DNA of 64,000 nucleotides from Octopus sinensis. Lineage: Eukaryota. The stretch covers positions 868,001 to 932,000 of the forward strand of contig NC_043003.1 of the NCBI RefSeq assembly GCF_006345805.1. The letters are read 5' to 3'. The translations under genes and the position numbers were made by a program. Under the pieces are notes generated by a model, which saw only the letters and a list, made by a program, of their open reading frames with translations, searched no databases and was not told the origin of the DNA. Position 1 is the stretch's first letter. The number at the start of each line of letters is the position of its first letter. Positions 25,014-35,954 of the stretch are shown here, in pieces.

Positions 25014-25333
25014 TAGCACCTCTGATGATATCTCAATAAGATTCGAAAACTGAATGTGGCTGGTGCACATTGTGTTTCAATCTAGTTAAATTTGCCATGC
25101 ACACACACGCGCGCGCACGGTCGGCACTTTGCTTATGGTGCAACTGCTCTGAGCATATGTCTTGAAATATTTCCATCAATTCCTTCATATTTTGGAATGT
25201 TTCAACTGAGGAATGTTAATGTAATGGATGCATTTCCCATTAGTTATTACGCAAACATCAAACACTTGTATTAAATTATTTCAAACTATCACTGTTTGAT
25301 TTCATTATTACAACTTATATATATATATATATA

Positions 25334-25645
25334 TCACCGTAATCACCGTGACCGACTAGGCTATCAGATGTTGCTACACATCGCTGGTCACAATGCGCTT
25401 CGCATTATTTTAGCCTTCAAATGACGCCACCCCGCTGGCTAAGAGAGCAGGCCAACAGAAGAAAGAGTGAGAGAAAGTTGTGGCGAAAGAGTACAGCAGG
25501 AAACGCCACCACCCCTTGCCAGAGACTCGTGGAGCTTTAGGTGTTTTCGCTCAATAAACACTCACAACGCCCGGTCTGGGAATCAAAACCGCGATCCTAC
25601 AACCGCGAGTCCGCTGCCCTAACCACTGGGCCATTGCGCCTCCAC
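25334..25645 (-). mobile_element. SINE-D with tail B
   Basis: gtggaggcgcaatggcccagtgg head, ccacaactttctctcactctttctt body, gaagcgcattgtgaccagcgatgtgtagcaacatctg tail. Confidence 0.85.
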
Positions 25646-26539
25646 ACATATATATACACATATATATATATATTGTAGAGAATTAATAATAATGGTACAC
25701 TACTCCCACGTGACGAATGGAAAAACCTAGTCACTATAAGTAAAGAGAAGCACGTGACGTACGAGGGTTCATAGTAGGCGGTCAAAGATAGTCGTGCTTT
25801 TACTGGTTTTTCTAAGAATATTGTATACTGAAGTGGGTGTTATAATAATGCAACATTTTAAGGATTATAACAGTGGAGACAAGGATTTTAACAACTCACG
25901 AGGAGTTAAGAAACTCACAAAAGTTTGGGTTGTGCGAATTTTACGAAAAATATCGTAAAATTATGGAAAATTTGTTGGCCGGTTTGCTTGAGTTGCAAAA
26001 ACAGCAACTGTGGAAGCGCAATGGTCCAGTGGTTAGGGCAGCGGACTCGCGGTCGTAAGAACGCAGTTTCGATTCCTAGACCGGGCATTGTGAGTGTTTA
26101 TCGAGCAACAACAACAATTGAGCTCCAAGAGGCCTGTCTAGGGCGGAAAAGGATGTCACTCTATCACCATGGCTAAGAAATCAGAAATAAGCCTCTACGG
26201 TTTTTGTTTACTTCTATTGCACGAATTATGGAAATAACAGAACCACAGCAATTACTGAATGGTGAAGACGTGTTGTCTAGGTGTTGGGGTGTTGTGCTCT
26301 CGATCGAGAGGTCGTGGGTTCGATTTAGGAGTCGGTCGGTGTGTTATGTTCTTGACCAAAACACTTCTTTTCACGTTGCTCTAGTGCTATGTAGGGACCG
26401 CCATATCAAAGAATAGACCCAAAGGTTTCCTCCGCGTGTCAAAAAAGGCTAAGCAATCTGCTCGGCGTACCAACGATTCTGCCAGCTTGCAGCCTTGTTT
26501 CTCTTGTCAATTGATGACTTTTAGTTCCAGGTAATTGTT

Positions 26540-27015
26540 TATGCCACCACAAGGTCCAGTTCTTGTTGCAATGTGGTGGCTGTTATGCCACAGTGACCTC
26601 GAAAGCTATACCAGTAGATCACAAGCTCCTGGTAGGGCCTCCCATGCTGGACAGGCCAAAGAATGCAGGCCAGGCTAATATGAACCACATCTTTCTAGAA
26701 GTAGAAAGGGGTCTGCGTAGAGACAACACCCTTACCTAGGAAAGAAGCAAAGTTGCAGAAGTATGGATGACAATTCAAAATCACCCAGACTTGTGAGAGG
26801 AAGGCCTTCACTCGGGGGAACACACGACCTGGAGCTCACAAAGGAAGAGGAAGAGAAGACGCCCTAAAAATAACCGGTTGTAGGAGTTGAAGCAGAACTG
26901 AAAAAGTAGGGATGCAACTGGAAAAAAAAAAACAGGAAAAAACAGTCTAGAGTCGAAAAGAGAGGAGGAAAGTTGACGATGGCCAACGCTTCAAAGGGAA
27001 CGAAAGGCTTAAGAA
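26540..27015 (+). mobile_element. Internally deleted RTE-like element (5' UTR joined to 3' end)
   Basis: ggtagggcctcccatgctggacagg..agagacaacacccttacct resembles an RTE 5' UTR; ggaagaggaagagaagacgccctaaaaataac..gaagcagaactg..ttcaaagggaacgaaaggcttaag resembles an RTE C-terminus. Confidence 0.55.
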
Positions 27016-27154
27016 GGAAAAGAAAGGTTTATAACTTAGCTTTTTATAACATGTGATGGTTTCTTTGTTTCATAGTCCACCGTGGGTCATTTAAAACTTG
27101 CATTATGTTACAGCTAAGAAAGGCGTGTATAGGTTCGCTATTATTGCTGGTGAT

Positions 27155-27371
27155 CAGTGGCTCTCGACCGGGGCCCAAATGGCCCTGAGAGGGGTCCGTT
27201 CTACAATACATAAAATCTTTTGATTTTTTTTAATATATAATTTCTGATAATATTTAATTATTAAAATACAGAAGGGTTTTTAAAAATATACATCAAATAG
27301 CTTTTGGTCCATTAGAGTAAAATAAGAATTAAGGGGATCTATAGGTAAAAAAAAATGGTTGAGAACCACTG
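27155..27371. mobile_element. hAT MITE with degenerate 8-bp TSD
   Basis: cagtggctctcgacc..ggttgagaaccactg flanked by ctggtgat/ctggagac; a second partial copy starts at about 27446. Confidence 0.75.
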
Positions 27372-27929
27372 CTGGAGACCATTTCTTGATCCGGGAGGAA
27401 TTCTACGCAATGTCGTTAAAAGATTTAGATTTAAACCGTCTAAACCAGTGGTTCTCAACCCCTTTTTTGTCTGTGGACCCCTTTGATTCCTATTGTACTC
27501 AGATGGGCTCCAACAGCCATTTGATGTTTAAAATAATCCTATTATATTTTTATAATTAAATATTATTAGAAATTGTATAAAAACATTGTGAATATATTTT
27601 GTTTATTACAAAAGTATAACGAATATATTGTAAATAAATCTTACATAGACACCCAACAGTTATGTGGACCCCCAAGGGCAATGTAGAGCCACGTGGGGTA
27701 TAAACCCTTATCGTTCATTTACTCTTTGTCTTTTACTAAATAGACTTTACCTTCCGCTTGGAAAATCGCCAAAGTGTTTCCTCTACACCAAACAAATAAT
27801 TAATTTCTGATGTAAAAAAACAAACAAACTATGAACTAATGACTTTATTAAATACATTTAGTAAAACCTAGATTCTATAATTAAAGAAAACATTTTAAAT
27901 CATTTAACACAGAACCTTTTATTAATTAA

Positions 27930-28340
27930 TCACCATGGCTTCCAAACAAATCATTCAACTCTCACTCAGCTACTTTATATATTGATATGAAAACAAAAGG
28001 ATCTCATAACAATATGGTGGGTTTACTTTGTACAGACTTCGCAAACGCTTTCCATTCAATTAGTCACAGAAGCTCTCGAAATAATACAATCTTATTTCAG
28101 TAAACAAATAATCAATTCGGTAAAGAACTATTTCACCAATAAGACTTAATTTGTTTATATTGAAAATAGTTCTTTTCCATATCTTCTACTTGAAAGTGGT
28201 CTCCGTCAAGGCAACCTTTTGTGCCCAACTCTATTTCGTTAATCCCACTAACGAACATGTCTGGCAACTGATTTCGTCTGATATCTTGTTTGCAAACAAA
28301 AACAAGTATATCATGAGAGACCCGTGTTAACCATTTCAAG
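27930..28340 (+). mobile_element. Ancient CR1/L2-like RT fragment
   Basis: HGFQTNHST..TDFANAFHSISH..SGLRQG motifs are recognisable despite stops. Confidence 0.55.
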
Positions 28341-28549
28341 ATGCACAAAACCTGTAAACTTCAGTTAAATATTTAGTATTTTGCGCCAAAATTTTCGTCG
28401 CACTAACTGCAACCTGACCTTTGCCGCGGTTCCACTTTGTCGATCAGCATATACAGCTGCCAGGGTTATAAATACTTTCATCTATATAAGTCAGCCATGC
28501 TGGTTGAGTGCTCCTAGTTGCTAACTTGATATTCAGTTGTATTTCATAA

Positions 28550-28762
28550 GGCGGCGAGCTGGCAGAAACGTTAGCACGCCAGGCGTGATGCTTAGCGGTA
28601 TTTTGTCTGTCTTTACGTTCTGAGTTTAATTTCCTTCGAGGTCGACTTTGCCTTTCATCCTTTCGGGGTCGATAAGTTAAGTACCAGTTGCGTACTGGGG
28701 TCGATCTAATCGACTGGACCCCTCCCACCAAATTTCAGACCTTGTGCCAATAGTAGAAAGGT
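28550..28762 (+). mobile_element. SINE-B full-length (tail X)
   Basis: ggcggcgagctggcagaaacgttagcacg head through aaatttcagaccttgtgccaatagtagaaag tail. Confidence 0.9.
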
Positions 28763-29171
28763 TAGTTGTATTTCATGTATTATTTGTTCTTCCTTTCCTG
28801 CTCACTTCCTTTGGCATCAGACACAGTAAATCAGAAGATTAATGACCCCAAAGAGAAGCGACCAAAGAAAAGAGACAACAGGAAGCAATGGCATTCGCAA
28901 TGGTTTCTAGACTAGCGGTGGTCTGTCCTTAAGCCGGTGCTGTGCGTGTGAATCATGTCTAGCACTCTCTGCACGAGCTAGGAGGCTCCGTCCCCTCCTC
29001 TGCCCCCGCTGAATAGATTGCTGTAACTTTGGCTACCATGACTAGATTTGGGATGAATATTGGAGTGGTTTCTCGTTGCTTTCTCTAGGCAGGTGGGATT
29101 TGAACTAAGAATGTAGAGAGCCGTAAAGTATTTCTGTCGATGCATCAATGGTTTTGCCACTCTCCCGGCCA

Positions 29172-29292
29172 AAGAACAGCGTGAAATGAAGTGTTTTGCT
29201 TAAGAACACAACGTGCCACTTGGGCCGGGGACTGAACCCGTGATCCAGCGTTCGTGAGTGTAACATGCTAACCACTAGGGCACGCGCCTTCA
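29172..29292 (-). mobile_element. SINE-C head fragment
   Basis: gcgtgaaatgaagtgttttgcttaagaacacaacg..accactagggcacgcgcc. Confidence 0.7.
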
Positions 29293-29324
29293 GGTTATAA
29301 AAATTATCTTCATTGAAATTATGA

Positions 29325-29450
29325 ACTTAGGAATGAGAACCCAGGTTCGAAATTTCCCCAAGACACCTGATGAAGGCTGGAGAGTACATCAGCCGAAACG
29401 TTGTGTTAACAACAAACAAGATGAGGACAAATATCTGTCGAATGTAAAAA
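29325..29450 (+). mobile_element. 5'-truncated copy of the hammerhead-tailed element
   Basis: aggaatgagaacccaggttcgaaatttccccaagacacctgatgaagg..gatgaggacaaatatc. Confidence 0.85.
29362..29407 (+). ncRNA. Intact minimal type I hammerhead ribozyme motif
   Basis: GACAC-CUGAUGA-A-GGCUG(gagaguacau)CAGCC-GAAA-CGU-U-GUGUU; fully paired stems I and II; predicted cut after GUU (29402/29403). Confidence 0.7.
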
Positions 29451-29935
29451 AGGTTCTATAAATCTAGTCTTTAAACATCGATGGTTATGGGTCCCACCAG
29501 AATAAGATAGTAATCAAAGGGGTCTATAGATAAAAAAAAATGGTTGAGAACCCCAGGTGTTAATGACACACGTTTATAAATACCATTGTGTGCCAGATAC
29601 ACAGCAGTAAACAGGGCTGATCAGGAAACTAGTGTAGTAGTCGCAGTAATTTGAAGTTTCTGCTCGTAAATTAATGCAGATTATGAAGTTCCGGACCATC
29701 GATGTTGAAGCTGCATTTTTGCCCTAGAATAGATATTGCACTCCTGATTCAAAATCATTCGCTGTTTGGTCGGAAGTCTGACATCCAAATGACCCGACCA
29801 ACCTCGATTTTCGATTGATCAATTCCAGCAATTTTGAATTTGGTATGTTGGATTTATAAAAAATTCCGTCGAAGAGAAAAGAGATAACGCTATTTTTACA
29901 AGAGGTGAACCATTGAACCATTAAGCTATTTGTTA

Positions 29936-30098
29936 ATGGCATGCTGTTCAAAGAATCTGGAAAATAAATTCTCAGCATTTGACATAGATTTCGATCTTGG
30001 AACACAGTTGGATATTGTTGTTAGATGGCTGCTGTTTTCCTCAAGAAATTTATCGATTTACAAAGAAGCTCTGAGAATCGCCGGAATTTTCTCCAAAG
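29936..30098 (+). CDS. Candidate exon (MACCSKNLENKFSAFDIDFDLGTQLDIVVRWLLFSSRNLSIYKEALRIAGIFSK)
   Basis: Open frame from ATG 29936 to a consensus donor AAG|GTAAGT at 30099; no homology recognised. Confidence 0.25.
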
Positions 30099-30338
30099 GT
30101 AAGTAACATCACTAACAATGACAATGACGACAAGGCGACAGATATGCAAGAAAGAGCGGCCGAATCTCCCTCACATTCAACCAAAACAAGGAAAAGCCTG
30201 TCTTAAACAAGGAACGACACATTGGATATTGTAGTGCTAGATGAAACACTCCCGAAAAGATGGGGGTGGTCATCACTGGAATTCTTTTGATTATATGTCC
30301 GTTCAGTCAGGGCTGACACTGGGCTAAACAAAAACAAC

Positions 30339-30372
<34 letters not shown>

Positions 30373-30689
30373 CTATATCAACAACAATAGAAACTACCAG
30401 CAACAGTCTGGCGATATCTCGTCCCACGATTGCCAGACACGTTGACTACGAATTCGTGAAGATATTGATTTCTAACATAGACACAAGATAGCACAAGTGT
30501 GTGTATGTATGCAACTGTATTGAAGGTGGCGGGGGGGGGTTATCTAAGTCGATGACATCTACCTCAGTACATGACTGATACATATTCTGTCGACCTACCC
30601 AATCCCAGGACGATAAAAGTCAAAGCCAACTCTGGCGGGATTTGAACTCTAATTCGTGAAAATATTACTAAGGCGCAATAAGGTATTGT

Positions 30690-31250
30690 AATATATTCTG
30701 CTCTCACATTGTCAGAAAGCTCGTTTAATTTCACTGGATGGCTTGACTTAGTGCATTGCTTAAAGGAGACATTGTCTGGCATTGTATCTTTCTACAGCAG
30801 GGCAGAAATTGTTTGCAAACACCCTTTCGAAAAGCCTCTTAGTCGTCTGCATATTCTTATTTGAATCACAGGGAGATTAAACTTTGCCTAACTCTCGAAC
30901 GCTCTTGGATTTTCGCTGGTTATTAATTCCGCATCATCAACGGCATTTTCCTCCTAGAAGAAGCGTCAGACGATTTTTGAAATCTTTAAATCATGGTGTT
31001 GATTTTCTCCTCGAGAAATAAAAGATGTAGCAGCCATGCGCTTCCAGAAAAGGGCAGTTTCATCAACATTGCGTAACCACCATCATTCTCTTTAGCTACA
31101 CTGGATCATTAGTGGCAGCCTCTGCATCACCACTGACAGCTGCAACAGATACTTTTATGCTGTGCAAATTCAAGCACTTCTTAAATCTGTTAAACCACTC
31201 CTTACTAATCAGAAAAGGTATTTTTGGAGAAGATTCACTTTGCATTTTCT
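30690..31250 (-). mobile_element. Tigger/pogo transposase fragment (decayed)
   Basis: [47 protein letters not shown] motifs of the DDE_1 family. Confidence 0.75.
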
Positions 31251-31364
31251 GTACAATCGTAGGACATACATTTGGATTTTTTCTAGAATTACTATCGGGC
31301 TTCTTGGCACATTACGTCGAGTCTGATCCGCGACCTGTACACGAAAGAGGCGACCATTTTAAAC

Positions 31365-31366
31365 AC

Positions 31367-31438
<72 letters not shown>

Positions 31439-31545
31439 GTCTGTCTGTCTATCTGTCTATCTGTCTGTCTATCTGTCTATCTGTCTGTCTATCTGTCTAT
31501 CTGTCTATCTGTCTATCTGTCTGTCTGTTTGTTTGTCTGTCTGTC
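31365..31545. repeat. (CTAT)n/(CTGT)n microsatellite
   Basis: Directly visible. Confidence 0.95.
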
Positions 31546-32153
31546 AATATATATCGCTTAGGTATTTCAAGACTCAAAAGTCGGTGTAGAACTCAATATA
31601 CAAATGCTTCTGAACGAAGTGTTAGCCGAGTATATAACGGTAATAAGAAAGAGAGATGGCAAAGAAATAAATGATTTTCTTATGAACTCCATCATCTGAA
31701 AGCTGTTTCTGTTATAAGATGCTGTGGATTCATAGTTGAGTGCCTGACTAACACCTTACATCTTCAACCAAGCCTCGAATATGAAGTACAATTAATTTTG
31801 ACTTTCTCACTTGTAATACCTTTCCCTGGGGCTACAAGCTACAGTAGCATCCACCCTTAGTGGTTAGCCACATTTAGGTGGAAAATATACTTCACAATGT
31901 CGTGCGGCTCCTGTTTATACCTCGCTCAGAGATTTATTATTGCTTGTTTCCACTTTTTCGAGATCAATGACTTTTCGCCACTGGAAAAAGTACATATATA
32001 TTTGCATTGAGAATCATTTCCCATCGAAAACCGGTGATTGTCGCTCGGAAGTGTTTGTGTCGGTTTTTCGGATTTGCGGTTGTGCGTTGGATTTGTTGAT
32101 TATTGTTGTTGAAACTGTTGCGTCGTGTTGAATTGTTGAATACTTTGTTGGGT

Positions 32154-32864
32154 ATGCAAGCCCAGACTTATTCGAAAGCAGCAGGCAAAAGCCTGTCTGC
32201 GAACGAATTACAGTTAAAAGAAATAATTATCGAGAAAGAAAATCTGAGGAAATACTATGACAGCTTCAAAAGGGAAGGAGACTGTCTGAGGGTTACACCA
32301 CCTGAAGACGAAGTGAAAAAAGCGAAGAAAAAACCCATAACATACAGAACATGGAGTGTGGTCTCAAAAAGAATAGAAGTAGCAGAAGTAGAAGAGATTG
32401 AAAAATGTCTACAAGATATAAAAGGAAGAACTACCTTCTACAATAGAGGTAGAATATACGCTACGGTAGACGTTCGTTTCGAAAATGAAGATGAAGCGAA
32501 AAGGAACGCAACGACAGTGTTGAGATCGGAAAAATGGGTACTACTCCCTACTTATTGCGGTAGAAGAGCGGCGAGGATACGAATAAGCAAAATTCCACCG
32601 GAACTTTATGCCGAAAGAATAGTAGCTGCAATAATCTACAACTGCAAGGAGAACGTGGATATACTTAAGGTGGAAAAGTCGAACGAAATAAACTGGTGGG
32701 GTTATGCGGTGGAAGCCTTAGTCCACATAACCATGCCAGATTTGTATAACATCCCGGAGGAGTTGGTGTTCCCCGACGAGACACGACTGTGTGTTATAAA
32801 TGTAAGAGAAGAGGGCACAAGAAGGATGTGTGTCCTGAAGGAGAAATACAAGAGAAGAAGATAA
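32154..32864 (+). CDS. LINE ORF1-like protein (Tx1/L1-type, RRM-like), probably retroelement-derived
   Basis: Open 236-codon non-repetitive frame starting MQAQTYSKAAGKS, preceded by a T/G-rich 5' UTR-like stretch (31940-32153) and followed by K/E-rich low complexity. Family assignment is by resemblance only. Confidence 0.55.
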   Translation: MQAQTYSKAAGKSLSANELQLKEIIIEKENLRKYYDSFKREGDCLRVTPPEDEVKKAKKKPITYRTWSVVSKRIEVAEVEEIEKCLQDIKGRTTFYNRGRIYATVDVRFENEDEAKRNATTVLRSEKWVLLPTYCGRRAARIRISKIPPELYAERIVAAIIYNCKENVDILKVEKSNEINWWGYAVEALVHITMPDLYNIPEELVFPDETRLCVINVREEGTRRMCVLKEKYKRRR

Positions 32865-33259
32865 CACTGGAGGAAGGAATGGGGCTTTGACAGGGGATTT
32901 AGGAGATAATATGGAAAGTGACGACGAGTAAGTGAAGGAGAAAGAAGAGGAAAGAACAGAAGAAAAAGAGGATAGAAAGCGAACACGGGTGGAATCACCA
33001 CCCAAAGACCAAAAAAAGAAAAAAAAACTAAAAAGAAGTATGCTGACGAGACAGAGGATCGATCACACGAAGGGAGAGATACAGCAACTAAAGTGAGTGG
33101 AGGTTCAAGGTGGGAGGAATGGGAAAAATGGTCAACAAAAGTGGAAGAATGTCTGAAAGTATGCAAGGAAGAGGGTAACCATAGGTAGAACGTCCATGAT
33201 GTTGGTTCTGTTGATTCGGGGTTGCCCAGGAATAAAACAGAAAACAATAACCAACAACT

Positions 33260-33641
33260 GGCGGCACTCTGTCGGTTGCGACGACGACGACGAAGCATCA
33301 AGTTGATCCGATCAACGGAACAGCCTGCTCGTGAAATTAACGTGCAAGTGGCTGAGCACTCCACAGACACGTTTATCCTTAACGTAGTACACGGGGAGGA
33401 TTCAGTGTGACACAACGCGTGACAAGGCTGGCCCCTTTGAAATACAGATACAACAGGAACAGGAAGAAAGGGTGAGAGAAAGTTGTGGCGAAAGAGTACA
33501 ACAGGATTCGCCACCAGCCCCTGCTGGAGCCTCGTGGAGCTTTAAGTGTTTTCGTTCAATAAATACTCACGGTCTGGGAATCGAAACCGCAATCCTATGA
33601 CCGCGAGTCCGCTGCCCTAATCACTGGGCCATTTTGCCTCC
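33260..33641 (-). mobile_element. SINE-D with tail A, flanked by an 11-bp TSD
   Basis: aaccaacaact at 33249-33259 and 33642-33652; SINE-D head/body fused to the SINE-C-type tail A. Confidence 0.9.
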
Positions 33642-34159
33642 AACCAACAACTACAAAACAAACAAAAACTAAACAAAACAAAAAGCTGTTGGCAGGCAAT
33701 AAAGAAGTTTAGCAAGAGAAACCGCTTCTAAACTCTCTCCTCCTCCTTCTCCCGTTATTCCTCTCTCCTCATGTCTTATACCTCACACTTCACCTCACAT
33801 CTCAACTAACGACATCCTAAACAGCCACCCCGCCCCCCGGCAATGTGATGAACCACCACACCACATCCGCCTTCCAATATCTTCCAATCACCATCACATT
33901 CACTTTTTGAAATATTGAAACTCAGATCAAATTAATCGAAACAGGAAGTCGATATACCATTGCAGAGAAGAAGAAGAAGAACCGAACGCACCAGCCTCCT
34001 CCCCACCCACTCCCCTTCTTCTTCTTCTTCTTCTTCTTCTTCTTCTTCGTTTTCCTCCTCTTATTTTCCTTTTTTTCGTCCTCTTCTTTTTTCCCTCTTC
34101 TCTTCTTCCTCATCACAAGTCACCAATGCCGACCGCTCTATTGAAGAAAGACAATAAGA

Positions 34160-34500
34160 ATATAACCACCACCACCACCACCACCTCCACCACCACCACC
34201 ACCTCCACCACCACCACTACCACCACCACCACCACCACCACCACTACCACACCACCACCACCACCACCACCACCACCACCACCACCACCACTACCACCAC
34301 CACCACCACCACTACCACCACCACCACCACCACCACCACTACCACCACCACTACCACCACCACCACCACCCCCACCACCACCACCACCGCCACCGCCGCC
34401 GCCGCCGCAACCACCGCCACCGCCGCCGCAACCACCACCACCACCACCACCACCACCACCACTACCACCACCACCACCGCCGCCACCACCACCATTATCC
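34160..34500. repeat. About 340 bp (CCA/CCG)n tract
   Basis: Directly visible; source of the poly-P/G/V ORFs. Confidence 0.95.
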
Positions 34501-34780
34501 TGGCATCTAGACATGTATTAATGAGAAGCCATTCTGGAGTCTGAGAAAATAGTTGTCGTGGCCTTGTTTTGTCAGTCGTCTTGTTGTTGCTGTTGTTGTT
34601 GTTTGAAATAGTAGATGAGTTTGTGTTGTGAATATTCTGTGTCCTGGAGAGGAGGAGGAGGAGGAGGATAGAGATGACAAACATGTTGCAACACACACAC
34701 ACACACACACACGACACAGGCATACACGAAGGTGTGTGTATGCGCGCTTTTTTTATAGGGTTTATTATACATGTATGTGC

Positions 34781-34839
<59 letters not shown>

Positions 34840-34962
34840 TGCGTATTCATTTTCACTTCTTTTATTGGTCGATATATAAACGAGACAGCTATTAATTATA
34901 TCAAGAACTGTTAATTAATATATGCAAGCACACAATCTCGCACGCACCTCTCTCTTCCTCTC

Positions 34963-34999
<37 letters not shown>

Positions 35000-35106
35000 G
35001 TCTCTGTCTTTGTCTTTCTCTCTCTCTCTCAATTCTTTCTTCTTTCACTGTTACACGACACTCAGCACCTATATGTGTGAGTGAGTGTGATATTGTATAC
35101 ATATCA

Positions 35107-35165
<59 letters not shown>

Positions 35166-35954
35166 GTGTTGTATATATATATAAACGCGTACGTTTACTT
35201 GCACTTACATATTCTCGTATAAATAAAGGCTATATTTTTTTTATTATCAAGAAAATGCTAATCAATGCCATGACTCCAACACTGAATTGATGTGGGATTC
35301 TCAAGCCGACCAGGGGCCAACGTCTTCCAGTGCGATCCATGGACAAGATCATCTGATAGTTCCGATTGTCCTTACACTTGGGGCTGTCCTGAAACGAAAT
35401 CAGGGGTCTTTGAGCATTTACTCGCCTTAAAATGGTTGGATCGAACCCTAACCCAAGGCAGAACTGGGTGCCTATCAAACTCGATCCTTGTCCGGCGAGA
35501 CCACTTCATATAGATGTTCTTGCTGCTGACGTAGTTTGGCACTAGATAATTCCTTATTGAGCAGACCGTTGATCAAGGGCTCTCCAGGGACCTTAATGTT
35601 TTATGAGTTCCTTATTTAATGAGATTTGCCGGAGACTCTCAGCCCTAAATTCATAATATACTTTGGAAGTCACTGGAGACTTTCAATGGGGATTAGATTT
35701 GAGTTTATTTTATTTTGGTGCCTTGTCTTATTGCAGTTCAAATTACATTATTCGCATTAAAAAAAAAACCCTAAACAGCTTGCTTCCCAACAACATGGCT
35801 GTGGCATTTCTACTTTAGCCGCAGAGCGATCACAGCCTTTTGAGCGGATTTAGTTGACGGAAACTGAAAGAAGACTGTCGTGTGTGTGTGTATGTGTGTG
35901 TGTGTGGTGTGTGTGTGTGTGTGTGTGTGTGTGCACATATTTCTATTTATATGT

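Noticed and set aside
34113-34723. Poly-Pro/Gly/Val ORFs resembling extensin or formin
   Set aside because: Pure (CCA)n tract open in several frames on both strands.
35290-35705. Possible Tc1 remnant (NLIPIESL resembling DLNPIENL)
   Set aside because: Single weak motif; no TIRs or further motifs found.
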